DNA of 64,000 bases from an uncultured beta proteobacterium (GTDB taxonomy: Bacteria; Pseudomonadota; Gammaproteobacteria; Burkholderiales; SG8-39). The stretch covers positions 225,721 through 289,720 of the forward strand of contig CAWEPV010000003.1 in assembly GCA_963811085.1 (NCBI GenBank), read 5' to 3'. A program made the position numbers and the translations under genes. Shown piece after piece: positions 36,541 to 44,772 of the stretch (position 1 is its first letter; every line of letters starts with the position of its first letter). The notes under the pieces were generated by a model that was not told the DNA's origin, did not search any database, and was given only the letters and a program-made list of their open reading frames with translations.

Positions 36541-37610
36541 GCGGCCTTCCCCCGCTGCAGCGGCCCCATCACCCCGCGCGGCAGGAACAGGGTCACCAGG
36601 ATGAACAGCAGCCCGAGGAAGTAGAGCCAGATCTCGGGAAAGGCCTGGGTGAAGAAGCTCTTCGCGCCGTTCACCGCGAACGCGCCGAGCAGCGCGCCGA
36701 CCAGCGTGCCGCGACCGCCGACCGCGACCCAGATCGCGATCTCGATCGAGTTCGCGGGCGACATCTCGCTCGGGTTGATGATGCCGACCTGCGGCACGTA
36801 GAGCGCGCCAGCGATGCCGCACAGCACCGCCGAGAGCGTCCACACGAACAGCTTGTAGTGCTCGGTGTTGTAGCCGCAGAACATGACGCGCTGCTCGGCG
36901 TCGCGGATCGCGGCCAGCACGCGGCCGAACTTGGAGCTGACCAGCCAGCGCGCCAGCAGCAGCGTGCCGAGCAGCACCGCGGCGCTGAGCATGAACAGCG
37001 CGACCCGCATCTGCGGCGTCGCGATCGCGATGCCGAGGATGCGCTTGAAGTCGGTGAAGCCGTTGTTGCCGCCGAAGCCGGTGTCGTTCCTGAAGAACAG
37101 CAGCAGCGCGGCGTAGGTCAGCGCCTGGGTGATGATGGCGAAATACACGCCCTTGATGCGCGAACGGAACGCGAACCAGCCGAACACGTAGGCGAGCAGC
37201 CCCGGGACCAGCACCACCAGCGCCGCGCAATACCAGAAATGCTCGGTGAAGCTCCAGTACCAGGGGTAGGCCTTCCAGTCGAGGAACACCATGAAGTCCG
37301 GCAGCTGGCTGTGGTAGACGCCGTCGAGCCCGATCTGGCGCATCAGGTACATGCCCATCGCGTAGCCGCCGAGCGCGAAGAACAGCCCGTGCCCGAGCGA
37401 CAGGATTCCCGCATAGCCCCACACCAGGTCCATCGCCAGCGCCACGATCGCGTAACACAGGAACTTGCCGCCCAGGCCCACCCAGTATTCGGACAGGTGC
37501 AGCGCGCTGCCCTCCGGCACGGCGAGCGCCAGCACCGGCACCACCAGCAGCAGCGCAGCCGCGAATGCCACGAGCGCGATCCAGCCGCGCGCGCTGAACA
37601 GCCGGGTCAT
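36537..37610 (-). CDS. urtC: urea ABC transporter permease UrtC
   Basis: Last 357 codons of track ORF 36537..38168, starting MTRLFSARGW... It is a branched-chain-type permease fold. Confidence 0.88.
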   Translation of the reverse strand: MTRLFSARGWIALVAFAAALLLVVPVLALAVPEGSALHLSEYWVGLGGKFLCYAIVALAMDLVWGYAGILSLGHGLFFALGGYAMGMYLMRQIGLDGVYHSQLPDFMVFLDWKAYPWYWSFTEHFWYCAALVVLVPGLLAYVFGWFAFRSRIKGVYFAIITQALTYAALLLFFRNDTGFGGNNGFTDFKRILGIAIATPQMRVALFMLSAAVLLGTLLLARWLVSSKFGRVLAAIRDAEQRVMFCGYNTEHYKLFVWTLSAVLCGIAGALYVPQVGIINPSEMSPANSIEIAIWVAVGGRGTLVGALLGAFAVNGAKSFFTQAFPEIWLYFLGLLFILVTLFLPRGVMGPLQRGKAA

Positions 37611-39214
37611 GCCTCCACCGCCCGGCCCTTGAGCGCGAACATGCCCTGCGGGCGCTTCTGGATGAAGACGATGATGAACACCAGCACCGCGATCTTGGCC
37701 AGCACCGCGCCCGACCACGACTCGAGCAGCTTGTTGACCAGCCCCAGGCCCATGCCGGCGTACACGGTGCCGGCCAGCTGGCCGACGCCGCCCAGCACCA
37801 CCACCATGAACGAGTCGACGATGTAGGCCTGGCCGAGCGCGGGACCGACGTTGCCGATCTGCGACAGCGCGCAGCCGGCCAGCCCCGCGATTCCGCAGCC
37901 GAGGCCGAAGGCCAGGGTGTCGACGCGCGCGGTCGGCACGCCGACGCAGCTCGCCATGGCGCGGTTCTGGGTCACGCCGCGCACGTAAAGGCCCAGCCGG
38001 GTGCGCGTGAGCAGCAGCCAGATCCCGCCCACCACCGCGGCGGCGAACAGGATGATCACGATCCGGCTGTACGGCAGCACCAGGTTGGGCAGCGCCTGCA
38101 CCCCGCCCGACATCCAGCTCGGGTTGTCGACCTGCACGTTCTGCGCGCCGAACAGAGACCTCACGCACTGCATCAGGATCAGGCTGATGCCCCAGGTCGC
38201 GAGCAGCGTCTCGAGCGGCCGGCCGTAGAGCCAGCGGATCACCGTGCGCTCGAGGATCATGCCGGCCCCGCCGGAGACCGCGAACGCCGCCGGCAGCGCC
38301 GCCACCAGGTACCAGTCGAAGGCGCCCGGCGCGTAGGCATGGAACAGGTTCTGCACCACGTAGGTGGCGTAGGCGCCGAGCATCATCAGCTCGCCGTGCG
38401 CCATGTTGATCACGCCCATCAGGCCGTAGGTGATCGCCAGCCCGAGCGCGGCGATCATCAAGATACTGCCCAGGCTCAGGCCGGCGAACAGCAGCCCGAA
38501 CCGCTCGCCCCAGGCGAGCCGCCCGCGCACGTCCGCGAGGCTCGCCTGCGCCGCGACGCGGATTTCCGCGTCGGGTTCGGCCCAGCTGCCGTCTGGCTTC
38601 TTCGCCACCAGCGGCAGCAGCAGAGTCTCGGTCTTCGAGTTGCCCGAGCTCGCGAGGGTGCGGATCGCGGCCAGGCGCTCGGCCTTGCTGCCCTCGTGCA
38701 GGTGCACCGACGCGGCGACGATCTCGAGCACGCCCCTGATCTCGGGGTCGGTCTCGCGCGCCAGGGCCTTGTCCACCACCGGCAGCGCCGCGGCGCGCGG
38801 ATCGTCCGCCAGCTCGCGCGCGGCCTTGAGCCGCGTGGCCTGATCGTGCGAAAGCAGGCGCAGCGCGGAAACGGCGGAGTCGAGCACGCCGCGGATGCGG
38901 TTGTTGAGCACGACGTTGCTCGCGTCCTCCGGTATCGGCACCACCTTCTCGCCGCTCAGCGCGTCGATTGCCGAGTCGCCCTGGACGATCAGCACCCGGT
39001 CGCCCGAGGTCTGCACCGATCCGGCCAGCAAAGCCTTCAGCAGCGGCTCGGCCCGTTCGTCGCCCGATTCGACCAGCGCGTTGATCGCCGCGATCTTGTC
39101 GTTGCTCGTGTCGCCCAGCGCCAGCCGGTGCACCGCCGCGGCGTCGAGCGCCAGCGCCGGCGGCGGGACGAGCGCCGCCAGCGCCAGGAGCGCGGCCAGG
39201 AAGAGGCTGCGCAC
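37607..39214 (-). CDS. urtB: urea ABC transporter permease UrtB with ~235-aa N-terminal periplasmic HEAT-like extension
   Basis: 535 aa. A signal peptide is followed by repeated helical units (D...R..AA..L...GD..A.P.L) and then a LivH-type permease core. Confidence 0.88.
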   Translation of the reverse strand: MRSLFLAALLALAALVPPPALALDAAAVHRLALGDTSNDKIAAINALVESGDERAEPLLKALLAGSVQTSGDRVLIVQGDSAIDALSGEKVVPIPEDASNVVLNNRIRGVLDSAVSALRLLSHDQATRLKAARELADDPRAAALPVVDKALARETDPEIRGVLEIVAASVHLHEGSKAERLAAIRTLASSGNSKTETLLLPLVAKKPDGSWAEPDAEIRVAAQASLADVRGRLAWGERFGLLFAGLSLGSILMIAALGLAITYGLMGVINMAHGELMMLGAYATYVVQNLFHAYAPGAFDWYLVAALPAAFAVSGGAGMILERTVIRWLYGRPLETLLATWGISLILMQCVRSLFGAQNVQVDNPSWMSGGVQALPNLVLPYSRIVIILFAAAVVGGIWLLLTRTRLGLYVRGVTQNRAMASCVGVPTARVDTLAFGLGCGIAGLAGCALSQIGNVGPALGQAYIVDSFMVVVLGGVGQLAGTVYAGMGLGLVNKLLESWSGAVLAKIAVLVFIIVFIQKRPQGMFALKGRAVEA

Positions 39215-39221
39215 TACGTGC

Positions 39222-40502
39222 TCAGCTCTTCTTGGTCATCTTTACCGCGATTTCCTTCTTGCCCTTGTCCTCCGGCAGGTACGGGCTCCACGGCTGCGCC
39301 TTGATCGGCCCCTTGGTCTTCCACACCACGTCGAACTGGCCGTCGGCGCGCACCTGGCCGATGAAGACCGGCTTGTGCAGGTGATGGTTGTGCGGATCCA
39401 TCTCGATCGTGAAGCCGTCCGGCGCGTGGAACTTCTGCCCGCCCATGGCCGCGATCACCTTGTCGACGTCGAAGCTCTTGGCCTTCTCGACCGCCTGCTT
39501 CCACATGTGGATGCCGATGTAGCTGGCCTCCATCGGATCGTTGGTGAGCGGCTTGGAGGCCGAGGGGAGGTTCTTCTTCTTGGTGTACGCGGCCCATTCT
39601 TTCTTCCAGGACTCGTTGGTCGGGTTCTTGATCGACATGAAGTAGTTCCACGCCGCGAGCTGTCCGACCAGCGGCTTGGTGTCGACCCCGCGCAGCTCTT
39701 CCTCGCCGACCGAGAACGCGACCACCGGGATGTCGGTCGCCTTCAGGCCCTGGTTGCCGAGCTCCTTGTAGAACGGAACGTTGGAGTCGCCGTTGATGGT
39801 CGACACCACCGCGGTCTTGCCGCCGCCGGCGAACTTCTTGATGTTGGCGACGATGGTCTGGTAGTCGCTGTGGCCGAACGGGGTGTAGACCTCCTCGATA
39901 TCGGCGTCGGCGACGCCCTTGGAGTGCAGGAAGTAGCGCAGGATCTTGTTGGTCGTGCGCGGATACACGTAGTCGGTGCCGAGCAGGAAGAAGCGCTTGG
40001 CGCCGCCGCCGTCCTCGCTCATCAGGTATTCGACCGCCGGGATCGCCTGCTGGTTGGGCGCGGCGCCGGTGTAGAACACGTTGTAGGACAGCTCCTCGCC
40101 TTCGTACTGCACCGGGTAGAACAGCAGCCCGTTGAGCTCCTCGAACACCGGCAGCACGGACTTGCGCGAGACCGAGGTCCAGCAGCCGAACACCGCCGCG
40201 ACCTTGTCGACCGTGAGCAGCTGGCGCGCCTTCTCGGCGAACAGAGGCCAGTTGGACGCCGGGTCGACCACCACCGGCTCGATCATGTGGCCCATGACTC
40301 CGCCCTTGCGGTTGATTTCCTCGAAGGTCATCAGGTCGACGTCCTTCAGCACCGTCTCGCTGATCGCCATGGTGCCGGAGAGCGAGTGCAGCACGCCCAC
40401 CTTGACGGTCTTACCCTTGGCCCAAATGCTCGGCGCGGCCAGTCCGCCGGCCACTGCCGCGGCGCCCAGGGTCACGCCCTTGACGAATGTGCGTCTTTTC
40501 AT
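39222..40502 (-). CDS. urtA: urea ABC transporter substrate-binding protein UrtA
   Basis: 426 aa with a Tat/Sec-like leader (MKRRTFVKGVTLGAAAVAGGLAAPSIWA) and a type-I periplasmic binding fold. It is the first gene of the urt set. Confidence 0.9.
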   Translation of the reverse strand: MKRRTFVKGVTLGAAAVAGGLAAPSIWAKGKTVKVGVLHSLSGTMAISETVLKDVDLMTFEEINRKGGVMGHMIEPVVVDPASNWPLFAEKARQLLTVDKVAAVFGCWTSVSRKSVLPVFEELNGLLFYPVQYEGEELSYNVFYTGAAPNQQAIPAVEYLMSEDGGGAKRFFLLGTDYVYPRTTNKILRYFLHSKGVADADIEEVYTPFGHSDYQTIVANIKKFAGGGKTAVVSTINGDSNVPFYKELGNQGLKATDIPVVAFSVGEEELRGVDTKPLVGQLAAWNYFMSIKNPTNESWKKEWAAYTKKKNLPSASKPLTNDPMEASYIGIHMWKQAVEKAKSFDVDKVIAAMGGQKFHAPDGFTIEMDPHNHHLHKPVFIGQVRADGQFDVVWKTKGPIKAQPWSPYLPEDKGKKEIAVKMTKKS

Positions 40503-40566
40503 GCTAGTCCTCTCTGAAGTGTGGATGGGATCCCGGCGGCCTCACAGCTGCCTCGCCCCAGGACCT

Positions 40567-40582
40567 CGCAACGAACGTGCCA
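40567..40582 (-). promoter_or_regulatory. sigma54 (-24/-12) promoter for urtA
   Basis: The minus strand reads TGGCAC-gttcg-TTGCG, a perfect GG-N10-GC spacing. It lies ~65 nt upstream of urtA ATG 40502. Confidence 0.6.
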
Positions 40583-40681
40583 TGGCGTTGCGCCGCAGCG
40601 CGCCCCTGCGAAGGCTCGCAGCAGCGCATGGTTTCAGTGCGCGCGTCGGTGGCACCGCACGGTTTTGAGGCGCGCGACGGT

Positions 40682-40695
40682 TTGATCCTCGTCAA
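40682..40695. promoter_or_regulatory. FNR/Anr/Dnr-type palindrome TTGAT-N4-GTCAA
   Basis: The sequence is gtTTGATcctcGTCAAac, centred ~60 nt upstream of the CBS gene ATG 40748. Confidence 0.5.
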
Positions 40696-40747
40696 ACCGG
40701 GGCGAGGTGCGCGCGTTAGCCTGAGCGCGTTGCCATCCGGAGGCGCC

Positions 40748-41221
40748 ATGAAGATCAAGGAAATCTGCAGCCGCGTCGTGGTCGTAGCGGAGCCCGAGAC
40801 CGACCTGCGCGCGGCCGCGCGCCTGATGCGCGACCACCATGTCGGCGCCCTGGTTGTGATCGAGAAGCTCGCCGGCGCCACGCGCCCGATCGGGATCGTC
40901 ACCGACCGCGACATCGTGGTGGCGGCGGTCGCGGACGCGGGCGTCCGTCCGGAGTCGCTCACGCTGCGCGACATGATGTCGGGCGAGCTCACGCTCGCTC
41001 AGGAAAGCGACGGCGTGTTCGAGGCGGTCGACAAGATGCAGGACAGCGGCGCGCGCCGCCTGCCGGTGGTAGACGCCGAGGGCAGGCTGATCGGAATCCT
41101 GTCGCTCGACGACGTGCTGCGCATGCTGGCCGGCGAGCTGACCGCGCTCGCGCTTGCCTCGCAGCGCTCGATCGCGCGCGAAGCGCGCGCGCGTCCGCCG
41201 CTCGCCGACCGTGCCGCCTGA
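40748..41221 (+). CDS. CBS-domain pair protein
   Basis: In-frame ATG of track ORF 40577..41221. There are two CBS repeats (...MRDHHVGALVVIE...GIVTDRDIV... and ...MQDSGARRLPVVDAEGRLIGILSLDDVL). Confidence 0.8.
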   Translation: MKIKEICSRVVVVAEPETDLRAAARLMRDHHVGALVVIEKLAGATRPIGIVTDRDIVVAAVADAGVRPESLTLRDMMSGELTLAQESDGVFEAVDKMQDSGARRLPVVDAEGRLIGILSLDDVLRMLAGELTALALASQRSIAREARARPPLADRAA

Positions 41222-41236
41222 ACCGCGCCGGGGGCG

Positions 41237-43273
41237 CTAGACGCGCGCCACCTGCTGGCGGATCTTCTCCACCACGTCCGGGTTGGCGAGCGTGGTGATG
41301 TCTCCCGGATTGCCGCCGGTCGACAGCGCGGCGAGCACGCGGCGCATGATCTTGCCTGAGCGCGTCTTGGGCATGTCGGGCACGATCCACACCTTGCGCG
41401 GACGCGCGATCGGGCTGATCTCGGTTTCGATCGCCTTCGAGATGCGCCGCGCCAGCACTTCATCGCCCGCCACGCCCGGCTTGAGCGACACGTACACCTC
41501 CGGCACCTTGCCCTTGATCTCGTCCGGCACCGCGATCACCGCGGCCTCCGCCACCTCCGTCACGGTCAGCGCCGCCGACTCGATCTCCTTGGTGCCGAGG
41601 CGGTGGCCGGCGACGTTGATCACGTCGTCGATGCGGCCGAGGATGCGGAAGTATCCGTCCGCCGCGTGCACCGCGCCGTCGCCGGCGAAGTACGGCCAGT
41701 CGCGCCAGTCCTTGCTCTTCTTGTTCTTGCAGTAGCGCTCGAAGTAGACCTTGGTCATGCGCTCCGGGTCGCCCCAGATGGTCTGCATCAGGCCGGGCCA
41801 GGGGTTGCGGATGCAGATGTTGCCGGCCTTGCCCGCTCCCGCCGGGATCTCCTTGCCGTCGTCGTCGTAGATGATCGGATAGATGCCGGGCACCCCGCGC
41901 CCCGCGCTGCCGGGCTTCATCGGCGCGAGCGCCGGGATGGTGCTGCACAGGAAGCCGCCGTTCTCGGTCTGCCACCAGGTGTCCACGATCGCGGCCTCGC
42001 CCTTGCCCACCACGTTGTAGTACCAGCGCCAGACCTCCGGCTCGATCGGCTCGCCGACCGTGGTCATGTGCTTGAAGTGATAGTTGTACTTCTTGGGCTC
42101 GTCCGGGCCCGCGCGGCGCAAGGCGCGGATCGCGGTGGGCGAGGTGTGGAAGATGTTGACTCCGAGTTCTTCGGCGATGCGCCACGGCCGGCCGGCATCG
42201 GGATAGTTCGGCACGCCCTCGTACATCACCGTGGAGGCGCCCAGCGCGAGCGGGCCGTAGACGATGTACGAGTGGCCGGTGATCCAGCCGATGTCGGCCA
42301 TGCACCAGTACACGTCGGTCGGGTGGATGTCCTGGATGATGCGGGACGTGCCCGCGACGTAGGACAGGTAGCCGCCGGTGCTGTGCTGGCAGGCCTTGGG
42401 GCGCCCGGTGCTGCCGCTGGTGTACATCAGGAACAGCGGATCGGTCGCCTGCATGCGCTCCGGCTCGACCCGCTGGCCGCGGTACTTCGGCAGCAGATCG
42501 TTGATGACGAAATCGCGCCCCTCGACCAGCGGAGTCTGGGCCGAATACTTGCCCGGGTAGCGCTGCCACACCAGCACCTTCTCGGTGACAACCTTCTCCT
42601 CCTTGGCCTTGTCGAAGGCGATGTCGGCCAGCTTCTTGTGGTCGAGCAGGTTGCCGCCGCGGTAATAGGAATCCGCAGTGATCAGGACGCGGCTGCCCGA
42701 GTCGGCGATGCGTTCGCCGCAGGCCTGGCCCGAGAAGCCGCTGAAGACCTGCGAATGGATCACGCCCAGGCGCGCGCAGGCCAGCATGGTGATCGGCAGC
42801 TCCGCGATCATCGGCATGTGCAGCGTCACGCGGTCGCCGCGCTTCAGGCCGCAGAAGTCGCGCAGCAGCGCCGCCAGCTCGTTCACGCGCACCCACAGCT
42901 CCTGGTAGGTGATGTGCTGGATGCGCTCGTTTTCCGGCTCCGGCACGAAGTGAATCGCGGTCTTGTTGCGGTGCTGCGCCAGGTGCCGGTCGACGCAGTT
43001 GTAGGAGGCGTTCAATTCGCCGCCCACGAACCACTTCCAGAACGGCGGGTTCGAGGTGTCGAGGGTCTGCTCCCAGTACTTGTACCAGGTCAGCAGGTCG
43101 GCGTACTCCTTGAAGCATTCGGGAAAGTTCTTCTCGCCGAAGCGCTCCAGGATGTCGCCGTCGGTCATGTTGGCCTGGGCCACGAAGCTGACCGGAGGGT
43201 AGTAGTACTGCTCTTCCTTCCAGTGCACCGCGAGCTGGGCTTCGTTCGGTTGCTCTGCGTTTACTTTGCTCAT
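41237..43273 (-). CDS. acs: AMP-forming acetyl-CoA synthetase family ligase
   Basis: 678 aa with motifs YTSGSTGRPKA, WWQTENGG, GDGAVHAADGYFRILGRIDDVINVAGHRLGT and PKTRSGKIMRR. Confidence 0.88.
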   Translation of the reverse strand: MSKVNAEQPNEAQLAVHWKEEQYYYPPVSFVAQANMTDGDILERFGEKNFPECFKEYADLLTWYKYWEQTLDTSNPPFWKWFVGGELNASYNCVDRHLAQHRNKTAIHFVPEPENERIQHITYQELWVRVNELAALLRDFCGLKRGDRVTLHMPMIAELPITMLACARLGVIHSQVFSGFSGQACGERIADSGSRVLITADSYYRGGNLLDHKKLADIAFDKAKEEKVVTEKVLVWQRYPGKYSAQTPLVEGRDFVINDLLPKYRGQRVEPERMQATDPLFLMYTSGSTGRPKACQHSTGGYLSYVAGTSRIIQDIHPTDVYWCMADIGWITGHSYIVYGPLALGASTVMYEGVPNYPDAGRPWRIAEELGVNIFHTSPTAIRALRRAGPDEPKKYNYHFKHMTTVGEPIEPEVWRWYYNVVGKGEAAIVDTWWQTENGGFLCSTIPALAPMKPGSAGRGVPGIYPIIYDDDGKEIPAGAGKAGNICIRNPWPGLMQTIWGDPERMTKVYFERYCKNKKSKDWRDWPYFAGDGAVHAADGYFRILGRIDDVINVAGHRLGTKEIESAALTVTEVAEAAVIAVPDEIKGKVPEVYVSLKPGVAGDEVLARRISKAIETEISPIARPRKVWIVPDMPKTRSGKIMRRVLAALSTGGNPGDITTLANPDVVEKIRQQVARV

Positions 43274-43297
43274 ATCCGGGCCTCCTTCAATGCGCGC

Positions 43298-43324
43298 GCG
43301 GCGGCCGCAGGACGCGGCCGCCGC
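43298..43324 (-). other. GC-only hairpin (11-bp stem, 5-nt loop) between satP and acs
   Basis: GCGGCGGCCGC-aggac-GCGGCCGCCGC. No U-tract follows on the minus-strand transcript, so it is not a canonical intrinsic terminator. Confidence 0.5.
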
Positions 43325-43345
43325 AAGGTTCGACGGGAGTCTTGA

Positions 43346-43930
43346 TCAGCTCGGCGCGCCGAGCGGAACGACCGGCCTGCCGAAGGTGGTGTTGGTCACC
43401 ACGCCGAAGCTGGTGTACATGGCGAGCAGGCCGCATACCAGCCCGATCCAACCGCCGATCCTGGTGAGGATCGGCATGCCCAGCAGGATGCCGCCGCCCA
43501 GCAGGAAGAACGTGATCCACAAGGTCAGGAATACCCACCACAGCGCCTTGTTCAGTTTGAAGGTCGGAATCCACATGTACAGCGTGAACACGCCCCAAAC
43601 CACCAGCGCCACGCCAATGGTGCTGCCGGCCTGCGACAGATCCAGCACGTGGTTGTCGCCCAGCAGGAGGAGGAACGCGAACCACCACCAGAACGCCGCG
43701 TAGCTCACGAACGCCGTCATGCCGAAGGTGTTGCCGGTGCGGAACTCGAGTATGCCCGCGATCATCTGGGCCAGGCCGCCGAAGGCGAACGCCAGCGGCA
43801 ACACCACCGGCTCGCCGCCATGCGGCAGCACTCCGGCATTGACCAGGCTCAGTATCACCGTGGTCAATCCAAAACCTATCAAGCCGAGCGGCGCCGGATT
43901 GGCGAATGTGGATTTCGATTCTTCTGCCAT
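43346..43930 (-). CDS. GPR1/FUN34/YaaH (SatP-type) acetate/succinate channel
   Basis: In-frame ATG of track ORF 43346..44044. The product reads MAEESKSTFANPAPLGLIGFGLTT...NTFGMTAF.SYAAFW, with six TM segments. Confidence 0.85.
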   Translation of the reverse strand: MAEESKSTFANPAPLGLIGFGLTTVILSLVNAGVLPHGGEPVVLPLAFAFGGLAQMIAGILEFRTGNTFGMTAFVSYAAFWWWFAFLLLLGDNHVLDLSQAGSTIGVALVVWGVFTLYMWIPTFKLNKALWWVFLTLWITFFLLGGGILLGMPILTRIGGWIGLVCGLLAMYTSFGVVTNTTFGRPVVPLGAPS

Positions 43931-44027
43931 ATTCCCTCCTCGTGTTGGGTTGACGCGTCCAGTTTTTTTCTCGTGCCCTGCGCAAACAGTATGCGCGCGC
44001 GAAAAAAGCGCTGCTTTGCATCCACGA

Positions 44028-44069
44028 AAGTGATGCGTCAGCACATGCGCAAGTGATGCGTCAGCACAT
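44028..44069. repeat. two perfect 19-bp direct repeats, 23-bp period
   Basis: AAGTGATGCGTCAGCACAT occurs at 44028..44046 and 44051..44069. Each copy contains the imperfect palindrome TGATGCGTCA. The repeats sit in the divergent region between satP (ATG 43930) and bactofilin (ATG 44242). Confidence 0.75.
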
Positions 44070-44241
44070 CCGAAAGCATGTTTGCGCGCGCCGTCAGAGA
44101 ACGCGCCGATCGCCGGCGTCGGCCTGCGGCGACACTCAAGCCAGCGGCCGGTTTTACAACTCGCTGTTTCTGTACGACTTCGTCATCGGCACGCAATATG
44201 CATGGCATCAGCGCCGTTCAACCACTCACCAAGGAATCCTC

Positions 44242-44772
44242 ATGCTGCAAAAAGAAGGTCTGTTCCGCCGCCGCGAAGAGACGTTTCCCGCGCGCACGCC
44301 CGCCGCGCCCGCGCCGCAGGCGAGCGCGCCCGAGCGCGTCGCTGCGCCCCCGCCTCCACCCGCACCGCACGCCGAGGCCGGCAAGGCTGTCGGCAAGGGC
44401 GAAGCGAAGCTGATCGTCGGGCCCGACATCAAGATGAAGGGCGTCGAGATCACGGACTGCGACACGCTCGCGGTCGAGGGCCGCATCGAGGCCACGCTCG
44501 ACGCGCGCGTGCTGCAGATCGCGCCGCAGGGCATCTTCAGCGGCACCGTCGCGGTCGACAACGCCGAGATCCACGGCCGCCTCGAGGGCGAACTCACGGT
44601 GCGCAAACAGCTCGTGATCCACGCCACGGGCAAGGTGTCGGGCAAGATCCGCTACGCCAAGATCAAGGTCGAGGAAGGCGCCGAGATCGCCGGCGAGATC
44701 AGCATGCTCGATTCGAACGCGAACGCGAACGCCGCACCGCTGCGCGCGGCGCGCCCGCTGGGCGGCGCCTAG
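44242..44772 (+). CDS. bactofilin (DUF583) cytoskeletal protein
   Basis: In-frame ATG of track ORF 44053..44772 with AAGGAA upstream. A Pro-rich N-terminus is followed by a beta-helix repeat core (LIVGPDIKMKGVEITDCDTLAVEGRIEATLDARVLQIAPQGIFSGTVAVDNAEIHGRLEGELTV...). Confidence 0.8.
   Translation: MLQKEGLFRRREETFPARTPAAPAPQASAPERVAAPPPPPAPHAEAGKAVGKGEAKLIVGPDIKMKGVEITDCDTLAVEGRIEATLDARVLQIAPQGIFSGTVAVDNAEIHGRLEGELTVRKQLVIHATGKVSGKIRYAKIKVEEGAEIAGEISMLDSNANANAAPLRAARPLGGA

Noticed and set aside
40650-40665. A second TGGCAC on the plus strand (TGGCAC-cgcac-GGTTT) upstream of the CBS gene, considered as a possible sigma54 promoter.
   Set aside because: The -12 element (TTGC) is missing, so only the -24 half matches.
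44711-44730. Short tandem hexamer repeat (AACGCG x3, encoding NANANA) at the bactofilin C-terminus. Ala/Pro-rich low-complexity linkers also occur at 14950..15060 and 58640..58760.
   Set aside because: These are ordinary low-complexity linker or tail sequences in secreted and cytoskeletal proteins. They are too short to call as a repeat feature.
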